The notes under the pieces: model-generated
Databases searched by the model: none
The model's input: only the letters and a program-made list of their open reading frames with translations
Told to the model about the DNA's origin: nothing
Source of the DNA: Planctomycetales bacterium
GTDB taxonomy: Bacteria; 4484-113; JAFGCY01
Direction: 5' to 3'
Assembly: GCA_022646745.1 (NCBI GenBank)
Contig: CP060262.1
Coordinates: forward strand, 3,450,001-3,482,000
Length of the DNA: 32,000 nt
Program-made: the position numbers and the translations under genes
Shown: positions 1 to 10,685 of the stretch, one piece after another
Numbering within the stretch: position 1 is the stretch's first letter
Layout: each line of letters starts with the position of its first letter

Positions 1-32
1 CGCACAATGCCAAGTAGCCATCATGGAAGTAT

Positions 33-76
33 GGAGGCGGTAACACCGCCTCCGGGATGGGGTGTTACCCCATCCC
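33..76. repeat. Two adjacent perfect hairpins: GGAGGCGG-TAACA-CCGCCTCC (33-53) and GGGATGGGGT-GTT-ACCCCATCCC (54-76)
   Basis: Read directly from the sequence. They lie in the 585-bp non-coding stretch downstream of uvrA. Confidence 0.7.
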
Positions 77-100
77 TACGTCCAACTTGCGGTTCCGCAC

Positions 101-176
101 CTCCACTCCAAACTCCCCATTCCAAACTCCTCACTCCAACCTCCAACCTTCTTGCCAAGCTTACAGCTTGGCCTCC
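101..176. repeat. Repeat family C, copy 1: pyrimidine-rich module (CTCCAAACTCC units) plus the hairpin CCAAGCT-TAC-AGCTTGG
   Basis: Positions 152-176 (TTGCCAAGCTTACAGCTTGGCCTCC) are the exact reverse complement of 24382-24406. The module at 101-151 is the reverse complement of a close variant of 24354-24381. Confidence 0.8.
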
Positions 177-585
177 CAGCCGCCGGACATCCAGGGCGGG
201 GAGCAACTGGCTACTGGGTGCAGGTTGCTGGTTGCAGTCATCCAGACAGCTTCGCTGTCAAGACATCAAACAAGCGCGCGCAGCGCGACAAACTCCCACT
301 GTTCCCAGATCCCGGTTCCCTGTTCCCTCGTCAGGGGATGGCAATCCGGCCGGCGGCGTGTTCGGAAAAGCAATAAGGGATGTTGCCAAGCCAGCCTGTC
401 ATGCGCACTTCGCCTCAATCCCTCACTGGCGCACGAAGCGTGCGCCGCTACAGTTAACTGTTCACTGAGCACTGATTTCTGTTTACGGGATTGTGCGCAA
501 GTCACGCCATGGCGTGACGCACATCCGTTTGCGGAAACCCGAAACCGGATCCCCGAAACCCGTTGTGCGGCTTGCGCCGCACCTC

Positions 586-3474
<2,889 letters not shown>

Positions 3475-3799
3475 TGCTTCCTCTCTGCTCTGCCGGAAAC
3501 TGCGGATATTATACTACACATCCGTATATGTCGCTGAATATCCATGCAAAGCAGCATTCCGGCAGGGTGAAAGGTATACCAGCAGAGTGTGGGTTTTCTG
3601 ATGTGCGTGACTGGATCAGCTGGTACACGTGGAATGTCCTGTCTTCATTGGGAATGTGTATGAGATCGGTAATTATTCCGTTTGAATGATTGAATTTTTC
3701 AGTAAATGAAGATATCCTCTCCCTGTTGAACCCGGATTTAACCTTTATGGTCTCACTGGGTGATGACCAGACCAGGAATGCTTACGCCGGAGGACGGCC

Positions 3800-4465
3800 A
3801 TGAGTAAGGATGTGAAGATAAGGGATCTGGTGGTTCTGGGCCTGCTGTCCGACAACCCCCGCTACGGCTACGAGATCAAGATGATCATCGACAACGTGAT
3901 GAGCCACATTGTCGACATCAGCAGCGGCTCGCTCTACTACAGCCTTAAGAAACTGGAGAACAACGGCTTCGTGCGCGAGACCGGCACCGAGCGTGTCGGC
4001 AACCGCCCGGAGCGCAGCGTATACGAGATCACCGACGAGGGCCGCCGCATGCTGCGCCGTGAGCTGCCGAAGGTGATCTTCCCCCAGAGCCGGCCGATCT
4101 TCCCCGTCAACCTCGGCCTGTACTTCTTCGATGCCATCTCCGAGAAGGAGCAGTGCCGCCGCTTCCTGATCAAGGAAGCCTACCTGAAGCGCATCCTCGA
4201 ATACCACCGCGAGATTGACGAGCAGACCCGTGAGAACACCCCGCTGCGCCACCAGTTCATCATGCGCCACACCATCATGCTGATCGAGATGGAGATCGCC
4301 TTCTGCGAGGATGTGCTGTCCAGCCTGGTGGACCGCAAGCTCTACGAACTGGACGAGCGCGACCTTGAGGAGATCGACGACGAGTACGAGAACCTCAAGA
4401 AGACCATCCATGCCGACCAGGCCATCATCGAAAGCGAGCGCGACCGGGCCGCCAGCCAGAACTAA
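3800..4465 (+). CDS. PadR-family transcriptional regulator with a long acidic helical C-terminal domain
   Basis: 221-aa ORF. The N-terminal winged-helix pattern is typical of PadR: LVVLGLLSDNPRYGYEI, GSLYYSLKKLENNGFV, RSVYEITDEGR. GGAGGA lies 5 nt upstream of the ATG. Confidence 0.85.
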   Translation: MSKDVKIRDLVVLGLLSDNPRYGYEIKMIIDNVMSHIVDISSGSLYYSLKKLENNGFVRETGTERVGNRPERSVYEITDEGRRMLRRELPKVIFPQSRPIFPVNLGLYFFDAISEKEQCRRFLIKEAYLKRILEYHREIDEQTRENTPLRHQFIMRHTIMLIEMEIAFCEDVLSSLVDRKLYELDERDLEEIDDEYENLKKTIHADQAIIESERDRAASQN

Positions 4466-4471
4466 AAGCCG

Positions 4472-5155
4472 ATGATCAACTGGCGTGAACTGGATGCGGA
4501 GGAAGTACGCAGCTGTGTGCAGCTTGGCCTGCAAGGCGATGAGCGCTACATGCCGACAGGCTTCCTCGACACCCACCAGTGGCTGGCCCTCACCGGCATC
4601 CGCGGCATCTGCCTCGATGGCGGCTTCGAGCGGGCACAGTACCGCCTGGCCCATCCGGAGGACTCCCCCGCCCCGTTGCACTTCGCCAGCATCGACCCGG
4701 CCAGCCTGCCGGGCAATGCGCGCACCGTGAATGGCCTGCGCACCATGCTGCGCAGCAGCTCCCTGCCGGATTCAGCCATTGGCGACATCTACCTGGACGA
4801 CCGCTTCAGCCTCGCGCTCAGCTCGCAGGTCTTCCTTGACGACGCAGGCATTGAAGCGGACTATGCTGCCACCCCGCCAGCCCTGTCCCTGCCGGAGGAA
4901 CGGTTGACCGCCGCCTCACTGCGTGCGGACGCCGTTGTCAGTGCGGCATTCAGGGTCAGTCGCGCTGAGGCGCAGAAGGCGATCCAGTATGGCTTCGTGT
5001 TCAGTGATTACGTGGTGATCGGCAAGCGCACCACCGATTTGCAGGCCGGCCAGCGCCTGGTCTACCGCACGAAGGGCAGCCTGGACATCGTTGACAGCGG
5101 CTTCAACCCGCGCAGCGGGCGCAGCTGGCTCCTGATCCGCCGCCTGACGGCCTGA
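4472..5155 (+). CDS. S4-domain RNA-binding protein, YlmH-like
   Basis: 227-aa ORF starting 6 nt after the PadR stop. The C-terminal S4 pattern is LRADAVVSAAFRVSRAEAQKAIQYGFVFSDYVVIGKRTTDLQAGQRLVYRTKG. The N-terminal FLD motif resembles YlmH. Confidence 0.7.
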   Translation: MINWRELDAEEVRSCVQLGLQGDERYMPTGFLDTHQWLALTGIRGICLDGGFERAQYRLAHPEDSPAPLHFASIDPASLPGNARTVNGLRTMLRSSSLPDSAIGDIYLDDRFSLALSSQVFLDDAGIEADYAATPPALSLPEERLTAASLRADAVVSAAFRVSRAEAQKAIQYGFVFSDYVVIGKRTTDLQAGQRLVYRTKGSLDIVDSGFNPRSGRSWLLIRRLTA

Positions 5156-6166
5156 TTACAGGAAGCCAAATGGCCTGGCAACGGCCTCGGTCGCTTCCAG
5201 CTCACGGGGCACGACCCGGTTGCGTCCGCCTTCCTTGGCTTCGTACAGCGCCTCATCCGCCAGCTTCATCAGCTCATCCGCCGTTGTCACCGCCTGCGCT
5301 GGCACCGACAGCATGCCGATCGAGATCGTGACCGGAATGCGTTTGCCGACCCAGTTGATGTCCGTCTCCTCTATGGTGGCACGGACACGCTCGGCGATCA
5401 TCACGCCATCCTCATATCCGGCGTCCGGCAGCAGGATCACGAACTCCTCACCACCGATCCGGCCGAACACGTCACTCTTGCGCTTGGTCTGGTCCACCAG
5501 CTGCGCGAAGGAGCGCAGGATGAAGTCCCCGGCGAGGTGGCCATGGGTGTCATTGATCGACTTGAAGTGGTCGATGTCCATGTACAGCATGCAGTAGGGC
5601 GATTCGTTACGGCGGGCGCGCGCCATTTCCTCGGCGACACGGATGAAGAACATGCGGCGGTTGTAGATCCCGGTCAGCACATCCGTACTCGCCAGGTGGT
5701 CCAGCTCCTGCATGCGTTCCTTCAGCTCATCCTGCAGCATCTTCACCCGCACCATCGAGGACAGCGTCGCCAGCAGCTCCACGTCGTCATAGGGCTTGCG
5801 GTGCAGGAACATCCCGCCGTAGTACTGCGCCTCCATCAGGGTCGGGTAGTCGAAGTCATCCGAGGTCGTGAAGGCCAGCGGCAGGTCCTTGTACTTCTCC
5901 ATCGACTTGATGTGCTGGGCGATCTGGAAGCCGTTGAGCGGATCGTCGATTGTGATCACCGCGGCGTCGATGCCCTTCTCCTCGAGCAGGCGCACGGCCT
6001 CTTCCTGGGTGGTGGCACAGAAGGTCTCATAGTTGAACAGGCTGACCAGCTCCGCCAGCAGGCAGTTGTGGTCCATATTGTCATCTACAACCAGTATCTG
6101 AGCCGCGCCTTCGGTCATCAGGGGGATTATCGGCAGGGTTATGTTAGAATTCAGCCGTGCTGACAC
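5156..6166 (-). CDS. Response-regulator diguanylate cyclase (REC + GGDEF)
   Basis: The REC domain shows the VVDDN acidic pair, ITIDDP, TTS and KP. The GGDEF domain has a GGEEF active site and an RKSD I-site five residues upstream. The track start at 6166 is GTG; ATG at 6118 (MTEGAAQILVVDD) is an alternative start. Confidence 0.92.
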   Translation of the reverse strand: MSARLNSNITLPIIPLMTEGAAQILVVDDNMDHNCLLAELVSLFNYETFCATTQEEAVRLLEEKGIDAAVITIDDPLNGFQIAQHIKSMEKYKDLPLAFTTSDDFDYPTLMEAQYYGGMFLHRKPYDDVELLATLSSMVRVKMLQDELKERMQELDHLASTDVLTGIYNRRMFFIRVAEEMARARRNESPYCMLYMDIDHFKSINDTHGHLAGDFILRSFAQLVDQTKRKSDVFGRIGGEEFVILLPDAGYEDGVMIAERVRATIEETDINWVGKRIPVTISIGMLSVPAQAVTTADELMKLADEALYEAKEGGRNRVVPRELEATEAVARPFGFL

Positions 6167-7728
6167 CCAAGGCGGGCATTGACCCAGAATTCTTCCAATG
6201 CCTCAGGAAGCATGACCCGCTTGATCCACAGGTCAGCCTTGCAATCATCTTCTCCCGCATCACCCTCGACCTCTGCAACCGCATCCTCACCGCGCGCAGT
6301 GCCGCCCGGCGTGAGATCCCGCAGCAGCTGGACGGATTGCAGCTGGCCTTCTTCAATGAATACGCCCAGCACGGTGCCGAGGCCTTTGCCTCCGGTGCAT
6401 CCGCCCTGTCCGCCGCAGCACTCGACAGCGAAATGGCCACGATGCTGGCCGACACCGCCCACTGGCTGGCAGGCCTGCTGAACCTTAACGCGCTTGAGGA
6501 CAGCTCCTACCAGGTCTGGCTCAGCGATGACCCGCAGGCCCGTATCAGCCTCTACGGCAAACCGGCCCCCGTCGCCCCGCCGGACTTCATCCGGCTGGAA
6601 AAGCGGCATCCGGCACTCGACTGGATCGAGGCCAATGCCCACCGCCCGGCCCAGGTGATGGGGCATTACGACGTACACGGCATCTCGATGCTGGCCCTCA
6701 CCCGCCGCTTCCTTACGTCACACGGCATGCCACAGGTGGACTGTACATTCAACTTCGAATCCACCGGCGACATCAGCAAGCTGTGGAAGCGTGTCGTGCC
6801 GCGCGCGATTGCCAGCGAAGAGGACTACGGCACGGTTGTGATGGTGGACTGCAGTGTGCACTCCCGCCGCCCGGAGTACACCCAGAAGGCGATCAGCCGG
6901 CTGGACTCCAGCGAGGACAGCATGATGTTCCTCGTGGACCACCACTCCGACACCCTGCTGCAGGCCCCGGACCTCTTCCATCCCCGCCTGCGCGTCGTGC
7001 TGACTGACATCCTCTCCTGCGGCCTGACGGACCGCTGGGGCCGGCATGAGCTGGACCTGATGTACCTCGGCGCTCTCGGCGACAAGGTTCCCGAGGTGTC
7101 GGTCTCCCGCCCGCCGGCTGAGCATCCCGAGCTGTACAGCGCCAATGAACAGTTCCACGCCTGGATGATCAACTACAGCCCGACCCCGAAGGAAATGAAG
7201 GACCGCCATATCCAGCCCCTGCAGAAGCTGTGGGAGGCGCTGGCGGATGGCGCGGCGGTCAGCCCGGACTCCAGCACGAAGATCCTCGGGCAGAGCCTTG
7301 ATACCGCCGCAGAGTTCGAGCCTGAGTGCAGCCCGGTGGGCGAGATCCTGCTGATGACCACGAAGCTGCCCAGTGTCGGGCGCACCTGGTACGGCCTGCT
7401 GGAGCAGCTGATGCAGCGCCATGAGCGCAGCTATGCGCTTGCCCTGCGCGTGCTCGGTGACAACCGTGCCAACCTGCTGCTCCTGACCCACTGGACGGCG
7501 ATCCACCGCGCCCCGGTGCGCATGTTCATCCCGGAGCGCTACCAGGGCAACTGCATCGGCCATCCGGGAGCGGTCTGGGTGGACCTTGAGCGCCAGCAGG
7601 CAACGGACTTCATCCGCTCCACGGTGGACGCACTCAACCAGTTCTATGGCGTGGAAGCTGACATCGGCAAAGCGCTTTCCGAACTGCAGGGCAATGTGCT
7701 GTACCCGCAGGAGGAGTGTCGGTCTTAG
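6157..7728 (+). CDS. DHH/DHHA1-like phosphoesterase-family protein with an uncharacterised ~150-aa N-terminal region
   Basis: 523-aa ORF. Motif-like strings occur in the canonical DHH order: GHYDVHGISMLAL (motif I with DVH instead of DxD), VVMVDCS (II), FLVDHHSD (III), GALGDKVPEV (IV, RecJ-like), and IGHPGAV (possible DHHA1 GGGH-like). The start is uncertain: 6157 is GTG and overlaps the divergent GGDEF ORF. Confidence 0.55.
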   Translation: MLTPKAGIDPEFFQCLRKHDPLDPQVSLAIIFSRITLDLCNRILTARSAARREIPQQLDGLQLAFFNEYAQHGAEAFASGASALSAAALDSEMATMLADTAHWLAGLLNLNALEDSSYQVWLSDDPQARISLYGKPAPVAPPDFIRLEKRHPALDWIEANAHRPAQVMGHYDVHGISMLALTRRFLTSHGMPQVDCTFNFESTGDISKLWKRVVPRAIASEEDYGTVVMVDCSVHSRRPEYTQKAISRLDSSEDSMMFLVDHHSDTLLQAPDLFHPRLRVVLTDILSCGLTDRWGRHELDLMYLGALGDKVPEVSVSRPPAEHPELYSANEQFHAWMINYSPTPKEMKDRHIQPLQKLWEALADGAAVSPDSSTKILGQSLDTAAEFEPECSPVGEILLMTTKLPSVGRTWYGLLEQLMQRHERSYALALRVLGDNRANLLLLTHWTAIHRAPVRMFIPERYQGNCIGHPGAVWVDLERQQATDFIRSTVDALNQFYGVEADIGKALSELQGNVLYPQEECRS

Positions 7729-7764
7729 ACCGACAAGGCCCTGTAACTCTAAGAGCTACACTCC
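7713..7764. repeat. Repeat family B, copy 1: outer stem GGAGTG/CACTCC enclosing two hairpins
   Basis: GTCGGTC-TTA-GACCGAC (7718-7734) and GTAACTCT..AGAGCTAC (7743-7759). By hand alignment, 45/52 positions match the reverse complement of 25739-25790. The stop codon TAG (7726-7728) of the preceding CDS spans loop and stem of the first hairpin. Confidence 0.85.
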
Positions 7765-7860
7765 CCATTTGCCGCTTCCCCCGTTGCGGGATATCATCAC
7801 CATGTCATATCGGGGCAAGTTCCGGGAACATATCCGGGGGCCCCGCCGTCTTGGTGCACT

Positions 7861-9285
7861 ATGCATGACCGGCTGAGACCGGTCCGCCAACAGATGCAGT
7901 TTGGAGGAAGAGCATTGAAACATATCGCGGCCCTTGGGCTGACCCTATTGTTACTGGCAACACAATCCGCTTTCGCCGGCAGCGCCGGTGATGTGGAGGA
8001 TGTCTACCTCACCGTCTACAACGGCAACCTCTCGCTGATCCGCGAGCTGCGCAGCTTCGAGCTGTCACAGGGCAGCCAGGCGCTGGTGCTTGACGACGTC
8101 TCCGGCCAGCTCAACCCGGCCACCGTGCACCTCTCCTTTCCCGAGGGCGTGGACTTCGAGTTGCTGGAGCAGAACTTCGACTACGACCTGGTGAACACCG
8201 CGAAGATGCTTGAGCGCTTCATCGGGCGCGAGATCACGCTGCACAATGACTACGACGGCACGCGCATGCTGGTCACGCTGTTGTCAACCAGCGGCGGCAC
8301 CGTGGTGCGCGATTCCGCCGGCCAGATCCTGCTCAACCCGCCGGGCCGCATCATCCTGCCGGCCGGCAGCGCTGATGAACTGCTGCTCAGGCCGACCCTG
8401 TCCTGGCTGCTCTGGAGCCAGCAGGCCGGCCGCCAGCGCGGCGAGATCAGCTACCTCTCCGGCGGGCTGGACTGGAACGCTGACTACGTGCTTATGCTCA
8501 ATGCCGACGATACTGCAAGCGACCTGGAGGGCTGGGTCACGCTGACCAACAACAGCGGCACGACCTACAAGGACGCCCACCTGAAACTGGTGGCCGGAGA
8601 TGTCAACCGCGTGCGCGAAGAGCTTGGATATGCACTAAATGATTTGGCTGGCACGGTAGCACAAAATGGAATGGGTGGCGGCGGCGGTTTCCAGGAGGAA
8701 TCCTTCTTCGAGTACCACCTCTACGACCTCGATCGCCCCACCACCATCAGGAACAGCCAACAGAAGCAGATCGGCCTGCTGACCGCCAATGATTTCCCTG
8801 TCAACAAGAAGTTCCTGTTCAACGGGCAGTACGGTGGCGACGTGCGTGTCGCCGTCGAATTCACCAACAGTGAGGAGGAGGGGCTCGGCATGCCACTGCC
8901 GGCCGGCGTCGTGCGCGTGTTCAAGGCTGACAGCAAGGGCCAGGCCCAGTTCGTCGGTGAGGACCGGATTGACCATACCCCGCGCGATGAGGACCTCTCA
9001 ATCTACATCGGCAACGCCTTCGACATCGTCGGCGAGGCCACCCAGCTGGACTACACCGACATCGGCCAGGGCTATACCCAGAGCTATAAGGTCGTGCTGA
9101 AGAACCACAAGGAAGGCGAGGACGTGGTCGTCACCGTGCGGGCGGACATCGGCGGCGACTGGCAGATGGACAGGAGCAGCCTGCCCTGGCAGAAGAAGGA
9201 TGCGACCACCGCGGAATGGGAAGTGCCCGTTCCCGCGGATGGTGAAACTGAACTGACCTACACCTACCGTGTGGTCTGGAGGTAA
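7861..9285 (+). CDS. Secreted DUF4139/DUF4140-like (TIGR02231, MuiA-like) protein, paralog 1
   Basis: 474-aa ORF. The likely real start is TTG 7915 (GGAGGA 6 nt upstream, giving KHIAALGLTLLLLATQSAFA as signal peptide) or ATG 7894. The family-like N-terminal pattern is VYLTVYNGNLSLIRELRSF..LDDVSGQLNPATVHLSF..LEQNFDYDLV. It aligns along its whole length with the next two ORFs. Confidence 0.8.
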   Translation: MHDRLRPVRQQMQFGGRALKHIAALGLTLLLLATQSAFAGSAGDVEDVYLTVYNGNLSLIRELRSFELSQGSQALVLDDVSGQLNPATVHLSFPEGVDFELLEQNFDYDLVNTAKMLERFIGREITLHNDYDGTRMLVTLLSTSGGTVVRDSAGQILLNPPGRIILPAGSADELLLRPTLSWLLWSQQAGRQRGEISYLSGGLDWNADYVLMLNADDTASDLEGWVTLTNNSGTTYKDAHLKLVAGDVNRVREELGYALNDLAGTVAQNGMGGGGGFQEESFFEYHLYDLDRPTTIRNSQQKQIGLLTANDFPVNKKFLFNGQYGGDVRVAVEFTNSEEEGLGMPLPAGVVRVFKADSKGQAQFVGEDRIDHTPRDEDLSIYIGNAFDIVGEATQLDYTDIGQGYTQSYKVVLKNHKEGEDVVVTVRADIGGDWQMDRSSLPWQKKDATTAEWEVPVPADGETELTYTYRVVWR

Positions 9286-9287
9286 GA

Positions 9288-10682
9288 ATGGCGATCAGGT
9301 TACTGGCAATCACGCTGCTGGCATCATGCATGCTGGCGATTTCCGCGAACTGGAGCACCGCGATGGCTAAGGACGCAGGCAAGGTCGAGGACCTCTACAT
9401 CACGATCTACAACGGGGACCTCGCGCTCGTCAAGGAGAAGCGCAGCTTCAGCCTGCGCGAGGGACGGCAGGGCTTCACGCTTGACAACGTCAGCGGACGG
9501 CTCAACCCCTCCACCGTGCACCTCTCCTTCCCGGAGGGCGTGGATTTCGAGCTGCTGGAGCAGAACTTCGACTACGACCTCGTCAGCATGGACAAGATGC
9601 TGGAGAAGTTCATCGGCCGCCCGATTTCACTCGTGACAACGAACGATGACGGCACGGAAAGTTCGCAGCAGGTGACCCTGCTGTCAACCTCCGGCGGCCG
9701 CGTGATGAAGGACTCCGAGGGTCAGATCCTGCTCAACCCGCCGGGCCGCGTCGTGCTGCCTGCCGGCTCAGCCGATGAGCTGCTGCTGCGCCCTACCCTG
9801 TCCTGGGACCTCTGGAGCGGCCAGTCCGGCAGCCAGACCGGTGAGATCAGCTACCTCTCCGGCGGGCTGGACTGGAAGGCTGACTACGTCGTGATGCTCA
9901 ACGCTGACGACACCGCCGCTGACATCGAGGGCTGGGTCACTCTCACCAACAACAGCGGCACCACCTTCGAGAATGCCACTCTCAAGCTCGTGGCCGGCGA
10001 TGTCAACCGCGTGCGGGACGAACTGCGCCGCAACATGCCGATGCCGGCCGCGGCCCCGATGATGAGTGAAGCCAAGCCCGGCGGTTTCCAGGAGGAAAGC
10101 TTCTTCGAGTACCACCTCTACGACCTGCAGCGCCCGACCACCGTACGCAACAACCAGCAGAAGCAGATCGGCCTGCTGACCGCCACGAGCGTCGGCACGA
10201 AGAAGCTGTTCATCTTCGACGGCCACTACGGCGGTGATGTCAGCGTCAAGGTGCAGTTCGAGAACAGCGAGGAGAACAACATGGGCATGCCGCTGCCGAA
10301 GGGCGTGGTCCGTGTGTTCAAGGCCGACAGCAAGGGCCAGGCCCAGTTCGTCGGCGAGGACCGCATCGACCATACCCCCAAGGATGAGGACGTGCGCCTG
10401 ACGATTGGCAACGCCTTCGACATCAAGGGCGAGACGGTGCGCAAGGACTACCAGGACATCGGCAAGGGCTTCACCGAAAGCTGGGAGATCACGCTCAAGA
10501 ACCACAAGGAAAGCGAGGACGTGGTCGTCACGGTGCCCTTCCGCATCGGCGGCGACTGGAGCATCATGCAGTCTTCGATCGACTACGTGAAGAAGGATGC
10601 CAACACGGCGGAATTCAGCGTGCCCGTCCCGGCGGATGGCGAGACCAAGTTCACATTCCAGTACCGTGTGGTGTGGAGGTAG
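9288..10682 (+). CDS. Secreted DUF4139/DUF4140-like protein, paralog 2
   Basis: 464-aa ORF starting 2 nt after the paralog 1 stop. GGAGG lies inside the last codons of paralog 1 (TGG AGG TAA). The signal peptide is MAIRLLAITLLASCMLAISANWSTAMA. It is very similar to paralog 3. Confidence 0.85.
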   Translation: MAIRLLAITLLASCMLAISANWSTAMAKDAGKVEDLYITIYNGDLALVKEKRSFSLREGRQGFTLDNVSGRLNPSTVHLSFPEGVDFELLEQNFDYDLVSMDKMLEKFIGRPISLVTTNDDGTESSQQVTLLSTSGGRVMKDSEGQILLNPPGRVVLPAGSADELLLRPTLSWDLWSGQSGSQTGEISYLSGGLDWKADYVVMLNADDTAADIEGWVTLTNNSGTTFENATLKLVAGDVNRVRDELRRNMPMPAAAPMMSEAKPGGFQEESFFEYHLYDLQRPTTVRNNQQKQIGLLTATSVGTKKLFIFDGHYGGDVSVKVQFENSEENNMGMPLPKGVVRVFKADSKGQAQFVGEDRIDHTPKDEDVRLTIGNAFDIKGETVRKDYQDIGKGFTESWEITLKNHKESEDVVVTVPFRIGGDWSIMQSSIDYVKKDANTAEFSVPVPADGETKFTFQYRVVWR

Positions 10683-10685
10683 GCA

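Noticed and set aside
565-582. The hairpin GTGCGGC-TTGC-GCCGCAC as an intrinsic terminator of uvrA
   Set aside because: It sits immediately after the stop, but on the transcribed strand it is followed by AACGGGTTTCGGGG rather than a U-tract. It may simply belong to the hairpin repeat population, so it is not called as a terminator.
3475-3799. A LexA/SOS box or PadR operator in the uvrA-padR divergent region
   Set aside because: I found no convincing CTGT-N8-ACAG or GAAC-N4-GTTC type site. What is present: a TATAAT on the minus strand (3513-3508) 34 nt upstream of the uvrA start but with a poor -35, a 5-bp TATAC-N9-GTATA dyad, and TGGTCT-N15-AGACCA (3748-3774) upstream of padR. All are too short or weak to call.
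3782-4681. Long antisense ORFs opposite well-supported genes. Examples: 3782-4681(-), 6718-7563(-), 9768-10916(-), 11187-11894(-), 12518-13129(-), 15446-16690(-), 21012-22178(-), 23202-24191(-), 24564-25493(-), 28119-29003(-), 30572-31723(+).
   Set aside because: Their translations are dominated by Ala, Gly, Arg, Val, His, Asp and Leu runs typical of the reverse frame of high-GC genes, and they carry no motifs. The opposite-strand genes have clear family signatures.
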